Source: a virus. From it: a DNA stretch of 35,933 nt. The stretch lies in IMG/VR virus record IMGVR_UViG_3300035670_000709. One strand, given 5' to 3'. Positions 1 to 8,511 of the stretch are shown piece by piece. Every line of letters begins with the position of its first letter. Position 1 is the first letter of the stretch. The notes under the pieces are model-generated. The model had not been told where the DNA came from. It ran no database searches and saw only the letters and a list, made by a program, of their open reading frames with translations. The position numbers and the translations under genes were made by a program.

Positions 1-127
1 GACATTCAAAGCATCTATCACCAAATGGAGCCGCGCAATTTCGCCGCCGCTGTAAAGTTCTACCTCAACAGGGAATACTTAGCCCCCCAAAGAAACACGG
101 GCGACGTGGAACTGGTACGTCAAATAT
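1..127. repeat. Terminal direct repeat, copy 1 (identical to 35807-35933)
   Basis: Read base by base: gacattcaaagcatctatcaccaaatggag...ggtacgtcaaatat occurs at both ends of the window. The 127-nt length is typical of an assembler k-mer overlap on a circular or terminally redundant template. Confidence 0.95.
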
Positions 128-387
128 TCGAGCGCCAAAGGGAAATGTACGGGCTGACCGACCTTGAGCAACTGCATGAAATTTCCGCATTCGGTAAAGA
201 CATTGCAGACTTCGCAAACCTTACCTACTGGCAGGATAACGGCCGGAAGTTGTACTGGAACTTTGGCAAAAACAAAGATCAGCCCGTCACGGCCGAAGAC
301 CCGTTTACGATTTGGTTTCTCAGAAATGACTTCCCGGCGCAATCCCGTAGGATAGTGGCCGATTACACTAACATTCAAATTTCTTAA
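1..387 (+). CDS. C-terminal part of a junction-spanning ORF (N-terminal part at 35453-35806; about 246 aa when joined); DnaQ/DEDD-exonuclease-like with degenerate motifs
   Basis: Position 1 is in frame with the ATG at 35453 through the 127-bp overlap. The track ORF 25..387 is only the internal Met onward. Exo III-like segment is QRNTGDVELVRQIF. Stop at 385-387. Confidence 0.55.
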   Translation, partial: DIQSIYHQMEPRNFAAAVKFYLNREYLAPQRNTGDVELVRQIFERQREMYGLTDLEQLHEISAFGKDIADFANLTYWQDNGRKLYWNFGKNKDQPVTAEDPFTIWFLRNDFPAQSRRIVADYTNIQIS

Positions 388-389
388 AC

Positions 390-758
390 ATGCAAGAGAT
401 TAAAACACTTATGATTCCCGTCGCCCTGACTGATGAAGAAAAAATCGAGATCGGGCAAAACCTTACGGAAAAACTGATGCGCCTTCGGGAACTTGAAGAT
501 CAGCGCAAAGAGGAAATGCAGAAATTTAAAATGCAGATCATGGGCGAAGCGGCCGAGGTGCAGCACCTTACCGACATGCTGCACAATGGGACAGAAGAAC
601 GCCCGGTCAAGTGTGAGGTGGTGTACCACATGCCTGTAATGGGGATGAAAACAATAATGCGCCTCGACACGAACGAGCCGTTTGATGAAAAGGATATGAC
701 AGCCGCCGACAAGAAACGCGCGGACGAACTGATGACACAACAAACGAACGACCTATGA
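390..758 (+). CDS. Hypothetical protein (122 aa, charged, coiled-coil-like)
   Basis: ATG lies 2 nt after the upstream stop. ATGA overlap with the next gene. No family recognised. Confidence 0.6.
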   Translation: MQEIKTLMIPVALTDEEKIEIGQNLTEKLMRLRELEDQRKEEMQKFKMQIMGEAAEVQHLTDMLHNGTEERPVKCEVVYHMPVMGMKTIMRLDTNEPFDEKDMTAADKKRADELMTQQTNDL

Positions 759-1048
759 ACGAGTTCATCTGCCTGTCAGACGCCGACGGCGAAATCCGCT
801 ACTTTGACCCCGCCGACCTTGCGGCACAGGTAGCGCAAACCGAACTGGAAGCTAACGGCGCGGCGCGGATGGCCGGCAAAGGGCTTGCTAAGTTGGTGCT
901 GGAGATGCGGACGGCGCAAAAGGCGCTGCGGGGCAATCAAAGATCGGACGCCGACACCCTGGCTGAAATCCGGATGAAGTGCATGGCGCTCGAGAGTAAG
1001 GTGGATGCTACGCTGCCTACTTTTTTGCAAACCATTGAAATGACGTAA
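755..1048 (+). CDS. Hypothetical protein (97 aa)
   Basis: ATGA start/stop overlap upstream, and the next ATG is 1 nt after its stop, so it is packed tightly in the operon. Confidence 0.55.
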   Translation: MNEFICLSDADGEIRYFDPADLAAQVAQTELEANGAARMAGKGLAKLVLEMRTAQKALRGNQRSDADTLAEIRMKCMALESKVDATLPTFLQTIEMT

Positions 1049-1049
1049 C

Positions 1050-1907
1050 ATGGCACGACCATTAAAAAACAACGCCGATTACTTCAGCCACGATAATGAT
1101 ATGCGGGACAATCCACGCATCAAAGCCTTGCGGGCAAAGCACGGGCTTGTAGGCTACGCTATCTACTGCATGACGCTGGAGGTGCTTACCAAGGCCGACC
1201 AGTTCAGGATACAGGTGGACGAACTTACGATGGAAATACTGGCTGGGGACTTTGGAATTGATGTTCAGGAATTGGAACGCATTATGTCGAGTTTTAGACG
1301 TCTAAAACTATTTGATCAAAACGAAGAATACATCGAATGTCCCGCGCTTATTGAGCGAATGCAGCCTTTACAGGACAGCCGCGAGAGAAAACGCCGATGG
1401 ATTGAGAATATGAAAGGGAAAAAAGACGCCCCGCTGGGAGTTATAGACGTCCATAACCCGGTTTTAGACGGGAGTGCGACGCCTAAAGTACATAAAGTAA
1501 AGATAAAGGAAAGTAAAGATAAAGATAAAGATAAAGTAGATGTTGATGACACGTGCGTGCGCACGCACGAGCCGTCGCCAACGTCGCCGTCGTCTTCAAT
1601 TTTTGAAGAAAAAAAAATAATGGCAGCTTTGACCGAAAAAACAGCCGACCTGCTGGCGATGGAAGCGGAAGGGTCGTTATCGGTTGAGCGGGTCGAAAAT
1701 TTGCGCGCGGCGTTCGCGGCCGAAATGCAGGCCACAGGGAAGGTTCACGAATCCGAGGTGGATTTGGTTCGGCACTTTGTCGCATGGGTGCGGAAAAAAC
1801 GGAATTTCACCGGGGTCGGCGCGCCGAATCCCGGCCCAAGCCGGAAAAACGGGATCAACGACGTCACTTTAGACGCCGAAACCTACAAACGCAAACAAAT
1901 TTTTTAA
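1050..1907 (+). CDS. Replication initiation-type protein with DUF4373 (Lin1244/Lin1753-like) N-terminal domain
   Basis: N-terminus ADYFSHDNDMRDNPRIKALRAKHGLVGYAIYCMTLEVL matches the YF.HD....D.KI..L....G..GY..Y..LLE signature of DUF4373. It sits directly upstream of a DnaC-like ATPase. Contains a KDKDKDK low-complexity linker. Confidence 0.7.
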   Translation: MARPLKNNADYFSHDNDMRDNPRIKALRAKHGLVGYAIYCMTLEVLTKADQFRIQVDELTMEILAGDFGIDVQELERIMSSFRRLKLFDQNEEYIECPALIERMQPLQDSRERKRRWIENMKGKKDAPLGVIDVHNPVLDGSATPKVHKVKIKESKDKDKDKVDVDDTCVRTHEPSPTSPSSSIFEEKKIMAALTEKTADLLAMEAEGSLSVERVENLRAAFAAEMQATGKVHESEVDLVRHFVAWVRKKRNFTGVGAPNPGPSRKNGINDVTLDAETYKRKQIF

Positions 1908-1910
1908 CTT

Positions 1911-2714
1911 ATGGAAAAGAACATTGACGAACTCGCGCTGGAACTTGCGAAGGGGTTAACCCTCGAAGATTTACGCGCCCGGCAAAATGCCGCGAGAAAA
2001 CAAAACGCAGAAACCACGCAGGAGGCCGCTGCTGCCCTTCAGGCGTACTGGAACAAGGTGTACAGTACTACGCGCCGCGAGGCAAAAAATAAACGATCCT
2101 ACGGGCAAATAATGGCCTATTCGGAAGCGCGGAAAATTGTGGTGGATTTGCTCAACTTCCGGGCTGATGAAATCGAGGGCATCAGCGGCGCGCCGTTCGC
2201 GTGGGATATACCGAAAGACAGCGAACTGGCAGCGACGATCCGCGGGCTGATTCAGTACTTCATTAACGACCCTGAATGCCCGTGGCCGCTGAACAAGGGG
2301 CTGCTTATTTACGGGCTTCCGGGCGCTGGCAAAACAGAAATGATGCGGATAATGATGGGTTTCTGCCTGCTGGTGGATTCGCCCAAAAAATTTTCGTGGA
2401 GCAGTATGAGCGACGTGTACGGCACAGCCCGCACAAATAAGCAGTACGACTTCATGCAGGTGGCTACGTTTGACCGCTGCCTTGATGAGTTTTTGCGGCA
2501 TACTGGCAACGTGTCGTACTTTGGCGACCAAGTGGACATAAACGAACAACTGATTGAAGCGCGCTACACGCGAAATCGGACGTATGGCCAACTAACCCAC
2601 TTCATAACCAACGGAGATACCAACACCGTGCAGGAACTGCTTTCAGCGCCCGCTTTTGATCGGGTGCGGGGGATGTGTACCGGGGTGTTGTTTCCGGGCG
2701 GGTCGAAGCGATAA
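1911..2714 (+). CDS. DnaC/IstB-like AAA+ ATPase (putative helicase loader)
   Basis: Walker A is LLIYGLPGAGKTEMM. Walker B-like segment is ATFDRCLDEF. Positioned after the initiator gene. Confidence 0.65.
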   Translation: MEKNIDELALELAKGLTLEDLRARQNAARKQNAETTQEAAAALQAYWNKVYSTTRREAKNKRSYGQIMAYSEARKIVVDLLNFRADEIEGISGAPFAWDIPKDSELAATIRGLIQYFINDPECPWPLNKGLLIYGLPGAGKTEMMRIMMGFCLLVDSPKKFSWSSMSDVYGTARTNKQYDFMQVATFDRCLDEFLRHTGNVSYFGDQVDINEQLIEARYTRNRTYGQLTHFITNGDTNTVQELLSAPAFDRVRGMCTGVLFPGGSKR

Positions 2715-2726
2715 CGGGCGCGACCT

Positions 2727-2746
2727 TTTTCGTGGCGTCACGAAAA
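2727..2746 (+). other. Small intergenic hairpin (8-bp stem ttttcgtg/cacgaaaa, loop gcgt)
   Basis: Perfect inverted repeat in the 71-nt gap after the DnaC-like gene. No clear U-tract. Confidence 0.3.
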
Positions 2747-2785
2747 TGATACCCGACAGATTTACTAACCATTCAAAGTACCAGC

Positions 2786-3106
2786 ATGAGCACCGCCAAC
2801 TTCTTCATCAAAGCCTGCGAAGCCTACCACCTGCCAGCCCCAACGCCCGAATACCGATTTGACCCAAAGCGCAAGTGGCGGATAGATTACTACTTCGAGG
2901 CGAACGGCCGCCGGGTGGCGCTGGAGGTAGAAGGCGGCGTCTGGTCACAAGGCAGGCACACGAGGCCGAAAGGTTTTTTGGCGGATATGGAAAAGTATAA
3001 CGCGCTCGCTTGTGCCGGAATCCTGCTTCTTAGAACAACCCCCGAGAAACTACTCACAACCGAAACATTTACTAACATTAAAAATTGTATTTATGGAGAC
3101 TTCTAA
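2786..3106 (+). CDS. PD-(D/E)XK-type endonuclease (Vsr/DUF559-like)
   Basis: WRIDYYF...VALEVEGGVWSQGRHTRPKGFLADMEKYNALACAGILLLR fits the D...E.EG...K nuclease core and the GG.W..GRH....G...D.EK.N pattern seen in small phage nucleases. Confidence 0.55.
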   Translation: MSTANFFIKACEAYHLPAPTPEYRFDPKRKWRIDYYFEANGRRVALEVEGGVWSQGRHTRPKGFLADMEKYNALACAGILLLRTTPEKLLTTETFTNIKNCIYGDF

Positions 3107-3410
3107 TTTTGTCGCCCTCAACTGCAAAAAGTTCATTATCCGGTACCACATGGCGTTTTCCGGCGAACGTCGCGAAGATGGACGGCCGAAAGAAAACGTG
3201 GCAGCGGCGCGCAAGGTGGCGGATGCGACCACCGAGGCGATTATCAACGGCACCGATTTGCCGATGCGCGATGTACCTAAGTATTTGCAGGCCGAATACT
3301 TAAAAAACGTTGAGATTGACCGAGCGATGTTTGCTAATTTTGGCAAAGCGATGTTTGACACGCGGAAACGGTACAACTGGCTGACTGGATACCTGAATGA
3401 TAAAATTTGA
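3093..3410 (+). CDS. Hypothetical protein (105 aa)
   Basis: Internal ATG (METSNF...) of track ORF 3012..3410. The longer version would overlap the upstream nuclease gene by 95 nt; this start overlaps by 14 nt. Confidence 0.5.
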   Translation: METSNFVALNCKKFIIRYHMAFSGERREDGRPKENVAAARKVADATTEAIINGTDLPMRDVPKYLQAEYLKNVEIDRAMFANFGKAMFDTRKRYNWLTGYLNDKI

Positions 3411-3437
3411 TTATTAAACTTTTTTAACTTAAATTTG
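3406..3437 (+). promoter_or_regulatory. Bacteroidota-type promoter candidate (-33 TTTG, -7 TAAATTTG)
   Basis: TTTG at 3406-3409 and TAAATTTG (TAnnTTTG consensus) at 3430-3437, 20 nt apart. The ATG at 3442 is only 4 nt downstream. Confidence 0.45.
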
Positions 3438-3441
3438 CACC

Positions 3442-3543
3442 ATGTCAACGACAGCAACCATGAACTTAATTATTCTTGTATTCGCGGCTTACATGCTGCT
3501 TTGCGCGATTCAGCGCTGGGACGATCGGAAATCTAACCGTTAA
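3442..3543 (+). CDS. Small single-pass membrane protein (33 aa)
   Basis: My translation is MSTTATMNLIILVFAAYMLLCAIQRWDDRKSNR. It is below the ORF-track size cut-off and fills an otherwise empty gap behind a promoter-like box. Confidence 0.4.
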   Translation: MSTTATMNLIILVFAAYMLLCAIQRWDDRKSNR

Positions 3544-3562
3544 AATTTAAAACTTTACAACT

Positions 3563-3782
3563 ATGGAAAAAGAACAAAAGCAGCCCCCCCTACCCGTGGG
3601 ACGAAGCGCCCGAATGGGCTAACTATGCGGCTACGGACTGGGATGGTCAAATGTATTGGTTCGCAAATGAGCCAAAAAAGGTAACGAGCTGGATAGGACA
3701 AGTAGGCTTAACCCGTCACATTAAATCGGCTGGAACAATAATACCTAATGCCGAAGAAACCTTAGAATCACGTCCAAAATAA
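3563..3782 (+). pseudogene. Frameshifted small gene (MEKEQKQPP / PYPWDEAPEWANYAATDWDGQMYWFANEP...), broken at a C7 run
   Basis: The ATG at 3563 reads 9 codons into the C7 run at 3584-3590 and stops at 3620-3622. The +1 frame is open from 3543 to the stop at 3780-3782, has no usable start codon, and encodes a W/D-rich sequence that looks like a real protein. Confidence 0.5.
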
Positions 3783-3789
3783 ATTTACG

Positions 3790-4677
3790 ATGACAAAGCA
3801 GGACAAACAAAAAGAAATCCGCGGCTGGATAATGGTGGCCGCGCTCGGCGCTACCCTTTACTTCGCAGCCCCGTTCACGTGGCGCAAGGGCAAAGCGACC
3901 CGCACGATGGAAATACCGGAATCTAATCCCGTCGATTTCGACGGAAATAAAACATATCCCGACGGCTATGAAGCCTATCCGCCATACGAACCCGACCCAA
4001 GCGCTGAAGTTCAGCCCGAAGGCAATGTCCGGGTGTCGACGGCGGAAGCTGGCAGCGGAATGGGTAACGGCATCCGTGAAGCCGTGCGGCGAATTTCAGG
4101 CGCTCAACAACAAGCGAGCGAATGGCAAACCGAAAGCGGCGATATAAATGTTTTCAAAATTGTGATTTGCGAAACAAAGCGGCGCGAAGCGATGGGACGA
4201 CCCGGGCAGGAATTGGAGCGCTATAAGGACGGCGATACTTGGGCGATTGGATACGGCAATCACATTAAGTATTTATCAGCCGGATGGAAAAACACGATCA
4301 AGAAACAGGGCTACAAAGTAACTGAATCGCAAGCGCGCGAAATGATGTACCAAACCTTCCATGATCTCGGAGAGCAGATCAAAAAGGATTTACCGGGGCT
4401 GAATCACCGCCAACAATGGGCGGTTAAATCTTTGGCCTTTAACTGGGGCTACGGGAATGTGAAGCGGTCTAAACTGTGGCCGCATCTAAAGAAAGGTAAG
4501 CAAGGGCTTGCAGTTACGGCTGCATGGATGCGTACACAAGTGGCAACCGAGAACCACAAGCAAAGCCGACGGCTGGAATTAGCATTGTGGCATGGAGAGG
4601 ACGCGACGGCGCTAACGATCGGGAAAAAGGCGTATCAAAAATTACAAAAACGTGGAGATTTTGAGCACTATGAGTGA
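3790..4677 (+). CDS. Membrane-anchored GH24 (T4/lambda-type) lysozyme
   Basis: N-terminal Gly/Ala-rich TM segment GWIMVAALGATLYFAAPF, then a Pro/Glu-rich linker. The C-terminal domain has ELERYKDGDTWAIGYGNH and QQWAVKSLAFNWGYGNV, matching Y.D..G..TIGYGH and AL.S.AFN.G of phage lysozymes. Confidence 0.7.
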   Translation: MTKQDKQKEIRGWIMVAALGATLYFAAPFTWRKGKATRTMEIPESNPVDFDGNKTYPDGYEAYPPYEPDPSAEVQPEGNVRVSTAEAGSGMGNGIREAVRRISGAQQQASEWQTESGDINVFKIVICETKRREAMGRPGQELERYKDGDTWAIGYGNHIKYLSAGWKNTIKKQGYKVTESQAREMMYQTFHDLGEQIKKDLPGLNHRQQWAVKSLAFNWGYGNVKRSKLWPHLKKGKQGLAVTAAWMRTQVATENHKQSRRLELALWHGEDATALTIGKKAYQKLQKRGDFEHYE

Positions 4678-5218
4678 AAACGGCCTTATTATCGGACTTG
4701 CAGGCAAAGCCGGCCACGGTAAAAACTATGTGGCGAACGTGCTTTGCGATTACTACCCGGGGATGCGCTTTCGGAAGGTGGCCTTTGCTGATCCGCTCAA
4801 ACAGGTGTATTCGACTATCAGCGGGGAAACGGTCGAGGATTCGCTGGAATGGAAAAACGGAATGTCGGACTTTGGAATGACGCGCCGCGAGGCTTTTCAG
4901 AAGATCGGCACGGATTTATTCCGAAAGCATTTCCATGAAGATATTTGGATATACGCGCTGTTTTCCGCGCTGGACTTTACCCAGAACTATATCATTACCG
5001 ACGTGCGCTTCCTGAATGAGGTAAACGCCATACAGAATGCGGGCGGTGTGGTATTCCGGGTATCGCGACCTAATTACGAAAGCGGCACACCGGCGCACGA
5101 ATCAGAAGAAGCGATTGATCTACTCAACCTTGAAACCATCATTAACCCGGGCAACGGGGATTTGGCTATTAAGGCACAGATATATGCGCTCGAGGAGATG
5201 GGCAAGATATTCTATTAA
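4670..5218 (+). CDS. P-loop kinase, phage dNMP-kinase-like
   Basis: IIGLAGKAGHGKNYVA (P-loop), FADPLK, QKIGTDLFR and IITDVRFLNEVNAI resemble the T4 gp1-type dNMP kinase family pattern. ATG 4670 overlaps the upstream stop (ATGAGTGA). Confidence 0.6.
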   Translation: MSENGLIIGLAGKAGHGKNYVANVLCDYYPGMRFRKVAFADPLKQVYSTISGETVEDSLEWKNGMSDFGMTRREAFQKIGTDLFRKHFHEDIWIYALFSALDFTQNYIITDVRFLNEVNAIQNAGGVVFRVSRPNYESGTPAHESEEAIDLLNLETIINPGNGDLAIKAQIYALEEMGKIFY

Positions 5219-5222
5219 TTCA

Positions 5223-5259
5223 AAGGCTATTGATCCGCCGTGCGTGGGTCAATAGCCTT
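5223..5259 (+). terminator. Strong hairpin after the kinase gene (11-bp perfect stem aaggctattga/tcaatagcctt, extendable with wobbles), no U-tract
   Basis: Inverted repeat read directly, beginning 5 nt after the stop at 5218. The long track start of the HNH ORF (5230) lies inside it. Confidence 0.4.
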
Positions 5260-5271
5260 AAACATATAAGC

Positions 5272-5598
5272 ATGCCAAAGAGGCCGCCAACACTATCATC
5301 ATTAAAGCCTAAGCAGCCGTGGAGCCACCATAGGACGCAAGAAGAACGTACTACTTACAATACCGTGTACAACACACCACGATGGCGGGCTGTTCGTGAT
5401 CTGATACGGGCGCGTGACCCGGTGTGCGTGATATGTAAGCAGGATGCTACCCACACCGTTGACCACATCGTGCCTATTCGCGATGGTGGCAGCGCGTGGG
5501 ATATGGACAATCTGCAAGGACTATGTAAGGGATGTAACGCCGTTAAGACGGCGCGGCAACGAGCCAACACAAAAGAGGCAAGGCAGGGGCCTATTTAA
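5272..5598 (+). CDS. HNH endonuclease (terminase-associated type)
   Basis: CVICKQDATHTVDHIVPIRDGGSAWDMDNLQGLCKGCNAVKT carries the H-N-H and Cys motifs. Positioned immediately upstream of terS/terL. Start chosen at Met15 (5272), downstream of the hairpin. Confidence 0.85.
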   Translation: MPKRPPTLSSLKPKQPWSHHRTQEERTTYNTVYNTPRWRAVRDLIRARDPVCVICKQDATHTVDHIVPIRDGGSAWDMDNLQGLCKGCNAVKTARQRANTKEARQGPI

Positions 5599-5665
5599 AA
5601 CTTTTTGTTACCTGCCGGAAAATCGGTCGCCCCCCATCACGCAAACGTATGCAAAATTGAGATTT

Positions 5666-6139
5666 ATGCCTAAAGGACGCCCAGCCAAACCCACCACAAG
5701 GCACAAAGCCGACGGCACCTATCAGCCCGTCCGGCACGCTAACCGATTAGAGGTAGCGCCCGCAAAGAATCTACCCGACCCACCCGCCGACTTCGACGAA
5801 CGCCACGCCGCTAAATGGCTGGAACTTACCAGCAACATGCAGGAAATGGGGACGCTCGCAACGCAAGACCTTGATAGTATCCGGGCTTACGTTGTGTTCT
5901 TCTTCCGATTTGAGGACGCCAATGCCGTACTGAATAAACAGGGTACTATCATTGAAACCAGCACCGGGGCGAAGGTCAACCCGGCGTGGCGTATCATGGT
6001 TGAAAGCCAAAAAGAGTTGCGTACTTTGTGGGCGGCATTCGGATTGACACCCGCCGACCGGGCGCGGATTAAGATTGAAAAGCCAAAACCGACTACTTCA
6101 ATACTCGACTTTATGAGCGTGACCAAAAAGGCGCAATAA
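5666..6139 (+). CDS. terS: Terminase small subunit (P27-like)
   Basis: Internal ATG of track ORF 5444..6139, which otherwise overlaps HNH. PPADFDERHAAKWLELTSNMQEMGTLATQDLDSIRAYV...AFGLTPADRARI fits the P27-family pattern. Directly upstream of terL. Confidence 0.75.
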   Translation: MPKGRPAKPTTRHKADGTYQPVRHANRLEVAPAKNLPDPPADFDERHAAKWLELTSNMQEMGTLATQDLDSIRAYVVFFFRFEDANAVLNKQGTIIETSTGAKVNPAWRIMVESQKELRTLWAAFGLTPADRARIKIEKPKPTTSILDFMSVTKKAQ

Positions 6140-6145
6140 ACAGGA

Positions 6146-7867
6146 ATGACCCACAAAGCACAGGAATATATTGCAGGCATCGAAACCGGCCAAATACCGG
6201 CTTGTAAGTGGATTAAATTGGCCGTAAAACGCCACCTAAACGACCTAAAACGCCAAAAAACCGAGGCTTTCCCGTACTACTTTGATGAGGAACAGGCCGA
6301 AAGAACGCTAAACCTGTTCCAGTTCTTTAAGTTCAGTAAGGGCGCATACGCGGGAAAGCCGTTTGATATTATGCCGTGGTTTGCCGCCATTGTGTATATT
6401 TTCTACGGGTGGCGGAAGCCCGACGGCGGGCGAAAGTTCCGAAAGGTGTATATCAAAGTAGGACGCGGAAACGCAAAGACGGAGAACTTGGTGGTGATTG
6501 GGAACATCGCCTTCTTGTTCGACGGCGTGCCCGATTCGGAGATCTATTGGGCGGCCACGAAACGCGACCAGTCAAAAATCGGGTGGGATAGGCAGCGGAA
6601 ATCTTTGCAACAACTTTGCGCGGATAACCCGGAATTGTCCCCAATGCTCAATATTCCGATCGGCCACAATTCCAGCAAGATCAGCAAGCGGGACAGCCTT
6701 TCGTGGGTGTCTTATATGGGTAAAGATTCAAAGACCGAAGACGGATTAAGCCCGTATTGCGTACTGGTGGATGAGTACCACGCATGGACAGACAACGGCG
6801 TGATGGAGGTATTGGAATCGGGTATGGTAAAGTTCCCCGATCCATCAGTCGTGCCGATGACGTGGATAATCACAACGGCCGGATTTAACCCCAACGGCCC
6901 GAACTCGGATTTTTTGAAGGCCTGCAAGAATATGCTTCAGGGTACAATCCAAAACGAGGAACTTTTGGCGTTCATTTACGAACTGGATGAGGCCGACGAC
7001 TGGAAAGACCACGTCAACTGGATCAAGGCAAACCCGGGACTTGGTATATCCGTCACAATGGAAGGCCTGCAAATGGAATTTAACCAGATCACGACGGGCG
7101 GCGCATCGGCGGAAAAGAACTTCCGGGTGAAGAACCTAAACGAGGAATGGAACGCCAAAGACGGCTGGATTGATTCCGAACTTTGGCAGGCCTGCATCGG
7201 CGATATACCGATTGAGGAAATACAGACGCGGGAGTGTTGGGGTGGCCTTGACCTTGCGAACACGAACGACTTCAACGCTTTTGTCCTGTTTTACCCGTCG
7301 CAAAACGCGGACGAAAAACACCTTATCCTGCCATATTTTTGGACTACCGAGGATAGTATAGAGCGCAACGGGAAACGCCGGCCGTTCGTGACACAATGGG
7401 CGGCGGACGGGCTGTTAACGATCACATCGGACAATAGTACGGACTACGAACTGATAAGGCAGGATATAAACCAAATTTGCGGCAACCTTCGATTGCAGGG
7501 CATCGCGTATGATCCGCACTTATCCGGCTACCTTGCGCCGCTTTTGCAGCAGGATGGTATCCGGGTGATAAGCTACGGGCAATCGTGGCGCAACCTGTCA
7601 CCAGCCGCACAGGTATTTGAAAACATGATGCTACGGGGTGAAGTGCTCCACGAGGGCAACCCGGTCGCCGGATGGATGTTATCCAACGTCGCGATGCAGT
7701 ACGACCGCAACGAAAACCGCCTACCGTCGAAAGGCAGCAGCCCGGATAAAATTGACTTTGTTGCGGCGCTGCTAAATGCCATCGGGCTTTGGTTGCACGA
7801 TCGGGGGGAGCAGCGGACGGGCGGGTCGTATTTGTTTGAAGAGGATTCTAAAATTATAAAAGTATGA
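6146..7867 (+). CDS. terL: Terminase large subunit (Terminase_1-like)
   Basis: 573 aa. KPFDIMPWFAAIVYIFYGWRKPDGGRKFRKVYIKVGRGNAKTE matches the conserved N-terminal ATPase region (pf.L.pWQ...fGw....g.R.f...yi.v.R.NGKS). VLVDEYH serves as Walker B. Confidence 0.9.
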   Translation: MTHKAQEYIAGIETGQIPACKWIKLAVKRHLNDLKRQKTEAFPYYFDEEQAERTLNLFQFFKFSKGAYAGKPFDIMPWFAAIVYIFYGWRKPDGGRKFRKVYIKVGRGNAKTENLVVIGNIAFLFDGVPDSEIYWAATKRDQSKIGWDRQRKSLQQLCADNPELSPMLNIPIGHNSSKISKRDSLSWVSYMGKDSKTEDGLSPYCVLVDEYHAWTDNGVMEVLESGMVKFPDPSVVPMTWIITTAGFNPNGPNSDFLKACKNMLQGTIQNEELLAFIYELDEADDWKDHVNWIKANPGLGISVTMEGLQMEFNQITTGGASAEKNFRVKNLNEEWNAKDGWIDSELWQACIGDIPIEEIQTRECWGGLDLANTNDFNAFVLFYPSQNADEKHLILPYFWTTEDSIERNGKRRPFVTQWAADGLLTITSDNSTDYELIRQDINQICGNLRLQGIAYDPHLSGYLAPLLQQDGIRVISYGQSWRNLSPAAQVFENMMLRGEVLHEGNPVAGWMLSNVAMQYDRNENRLPSKGSSPDKIDFVAALLNAIGLWLHDRGEQRTGGSYLFEEDSKIIKV

Positions 7868-8487
7868 AATTCCCCGAATCACAACACGCCCACAAGTGGC
7901 TGGACGGCCTCACAGGCTTAGAGGTAGGCGGGTCGGCGCACAACGCCTTCGGGCTGAACACGCTTAATGTGGACTATACCGACGACCCGAACACGGTGTT
8001 TAAGCAATCCGAGGTGCAAATGTGCGGCGAATACATGCCCGTTGATATAGTGGCCGACGGGGCAAAAATCCCGGTGGCGGATAAGTCTTTCGACTTCGTA
8101 ATTAGCAGCCACGTTATCGAACATTTTTTCGATCCGATTGCGGCGCTAAAGGAGTGGAGTAGGATAGCCCGAAAATATATCTATATTATCTGCCCAAAGC
8201 GTGACGCGCTGGAATCTGATCGGGCGCTGCCATTAACGCCGATCGAAGAAATTGAGTTAAGGCATTCGGGCGACATTCCAGCGCCGGAAATTGACCTACA
8301 CGGCCATTATTCCCGATGGACGCCGAAAACCTTTTGCGATATGTGCGAGGCGCACGGCTTCTTTGTAATTGACTGCCTTGAAACCGACGATAAGGTCGGC
8401 AACGGGTTTACTGTAATATTAAAACCATTACATAAAATTCCGCAACTTCCACCAGTAACGAAGCCTATTACTCAAATACGGCATTGA
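7864..8487 (+). CDS. Class I SAM-dependent methyltransferase-like protein
   Basis: GLEVGGSAHNAFG (motif I-like) and ADKSFDFVISSHVIEHFFDPIAALKEWSRIARKYIYIICP (Methyltransf_11-type post-I/II region). Its ATG overlaps the terL stop (ATGA, 7864-7867). Confidence 0.6.
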   Translation: MKFPESQHAHKWLDGLTGLEVGGSAHNAFGLNTLNVDYTDDPNTVFKQSEVQMCGEYMPVDIVADGAKIPVADKSFDFVISSHVIEHFFDPIAALKEWSRIARKYIYIICPKRDALESDRALPLTPIEEIELRHSGDIPAPEIDLHGHYSRWTPKTFCDMCEAHGFFVIDCLETDDKVGNGFTVILKPLHKIPQLPPVTKPITQIRH

Positions 8488-8511
8488 CTATAAATATCTA
8501 AAGCCTTTATC

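Noticed and set aside
1-127. Treating the 127-bp end repeat as a biological direct terminal repeat
   Set aside because: 127 nt equals a common maximum assembler k-mer, and an ORF reads seamlessly through the joined ends. The HNH-terS-terL arrangement suggests cos-type packaging rather than short DTRs. The question cannot be settled without reads, so the repeat is reported only as evidence of closure.
5230-6139. Longest-ORF starts for HNH (5230) and terS (5444); likewise 3012, 4652, 15291, 32021, 32418 and 34140
   Set aside because: The extended N-termini overlap the preceding gene by tens to hundreds of nt, or they lie inside a hairpin or terminator. In each case an internal ATG gives the ATGA/TAATG-type junction used throughout this genome, and the recognisable domain begins after it.
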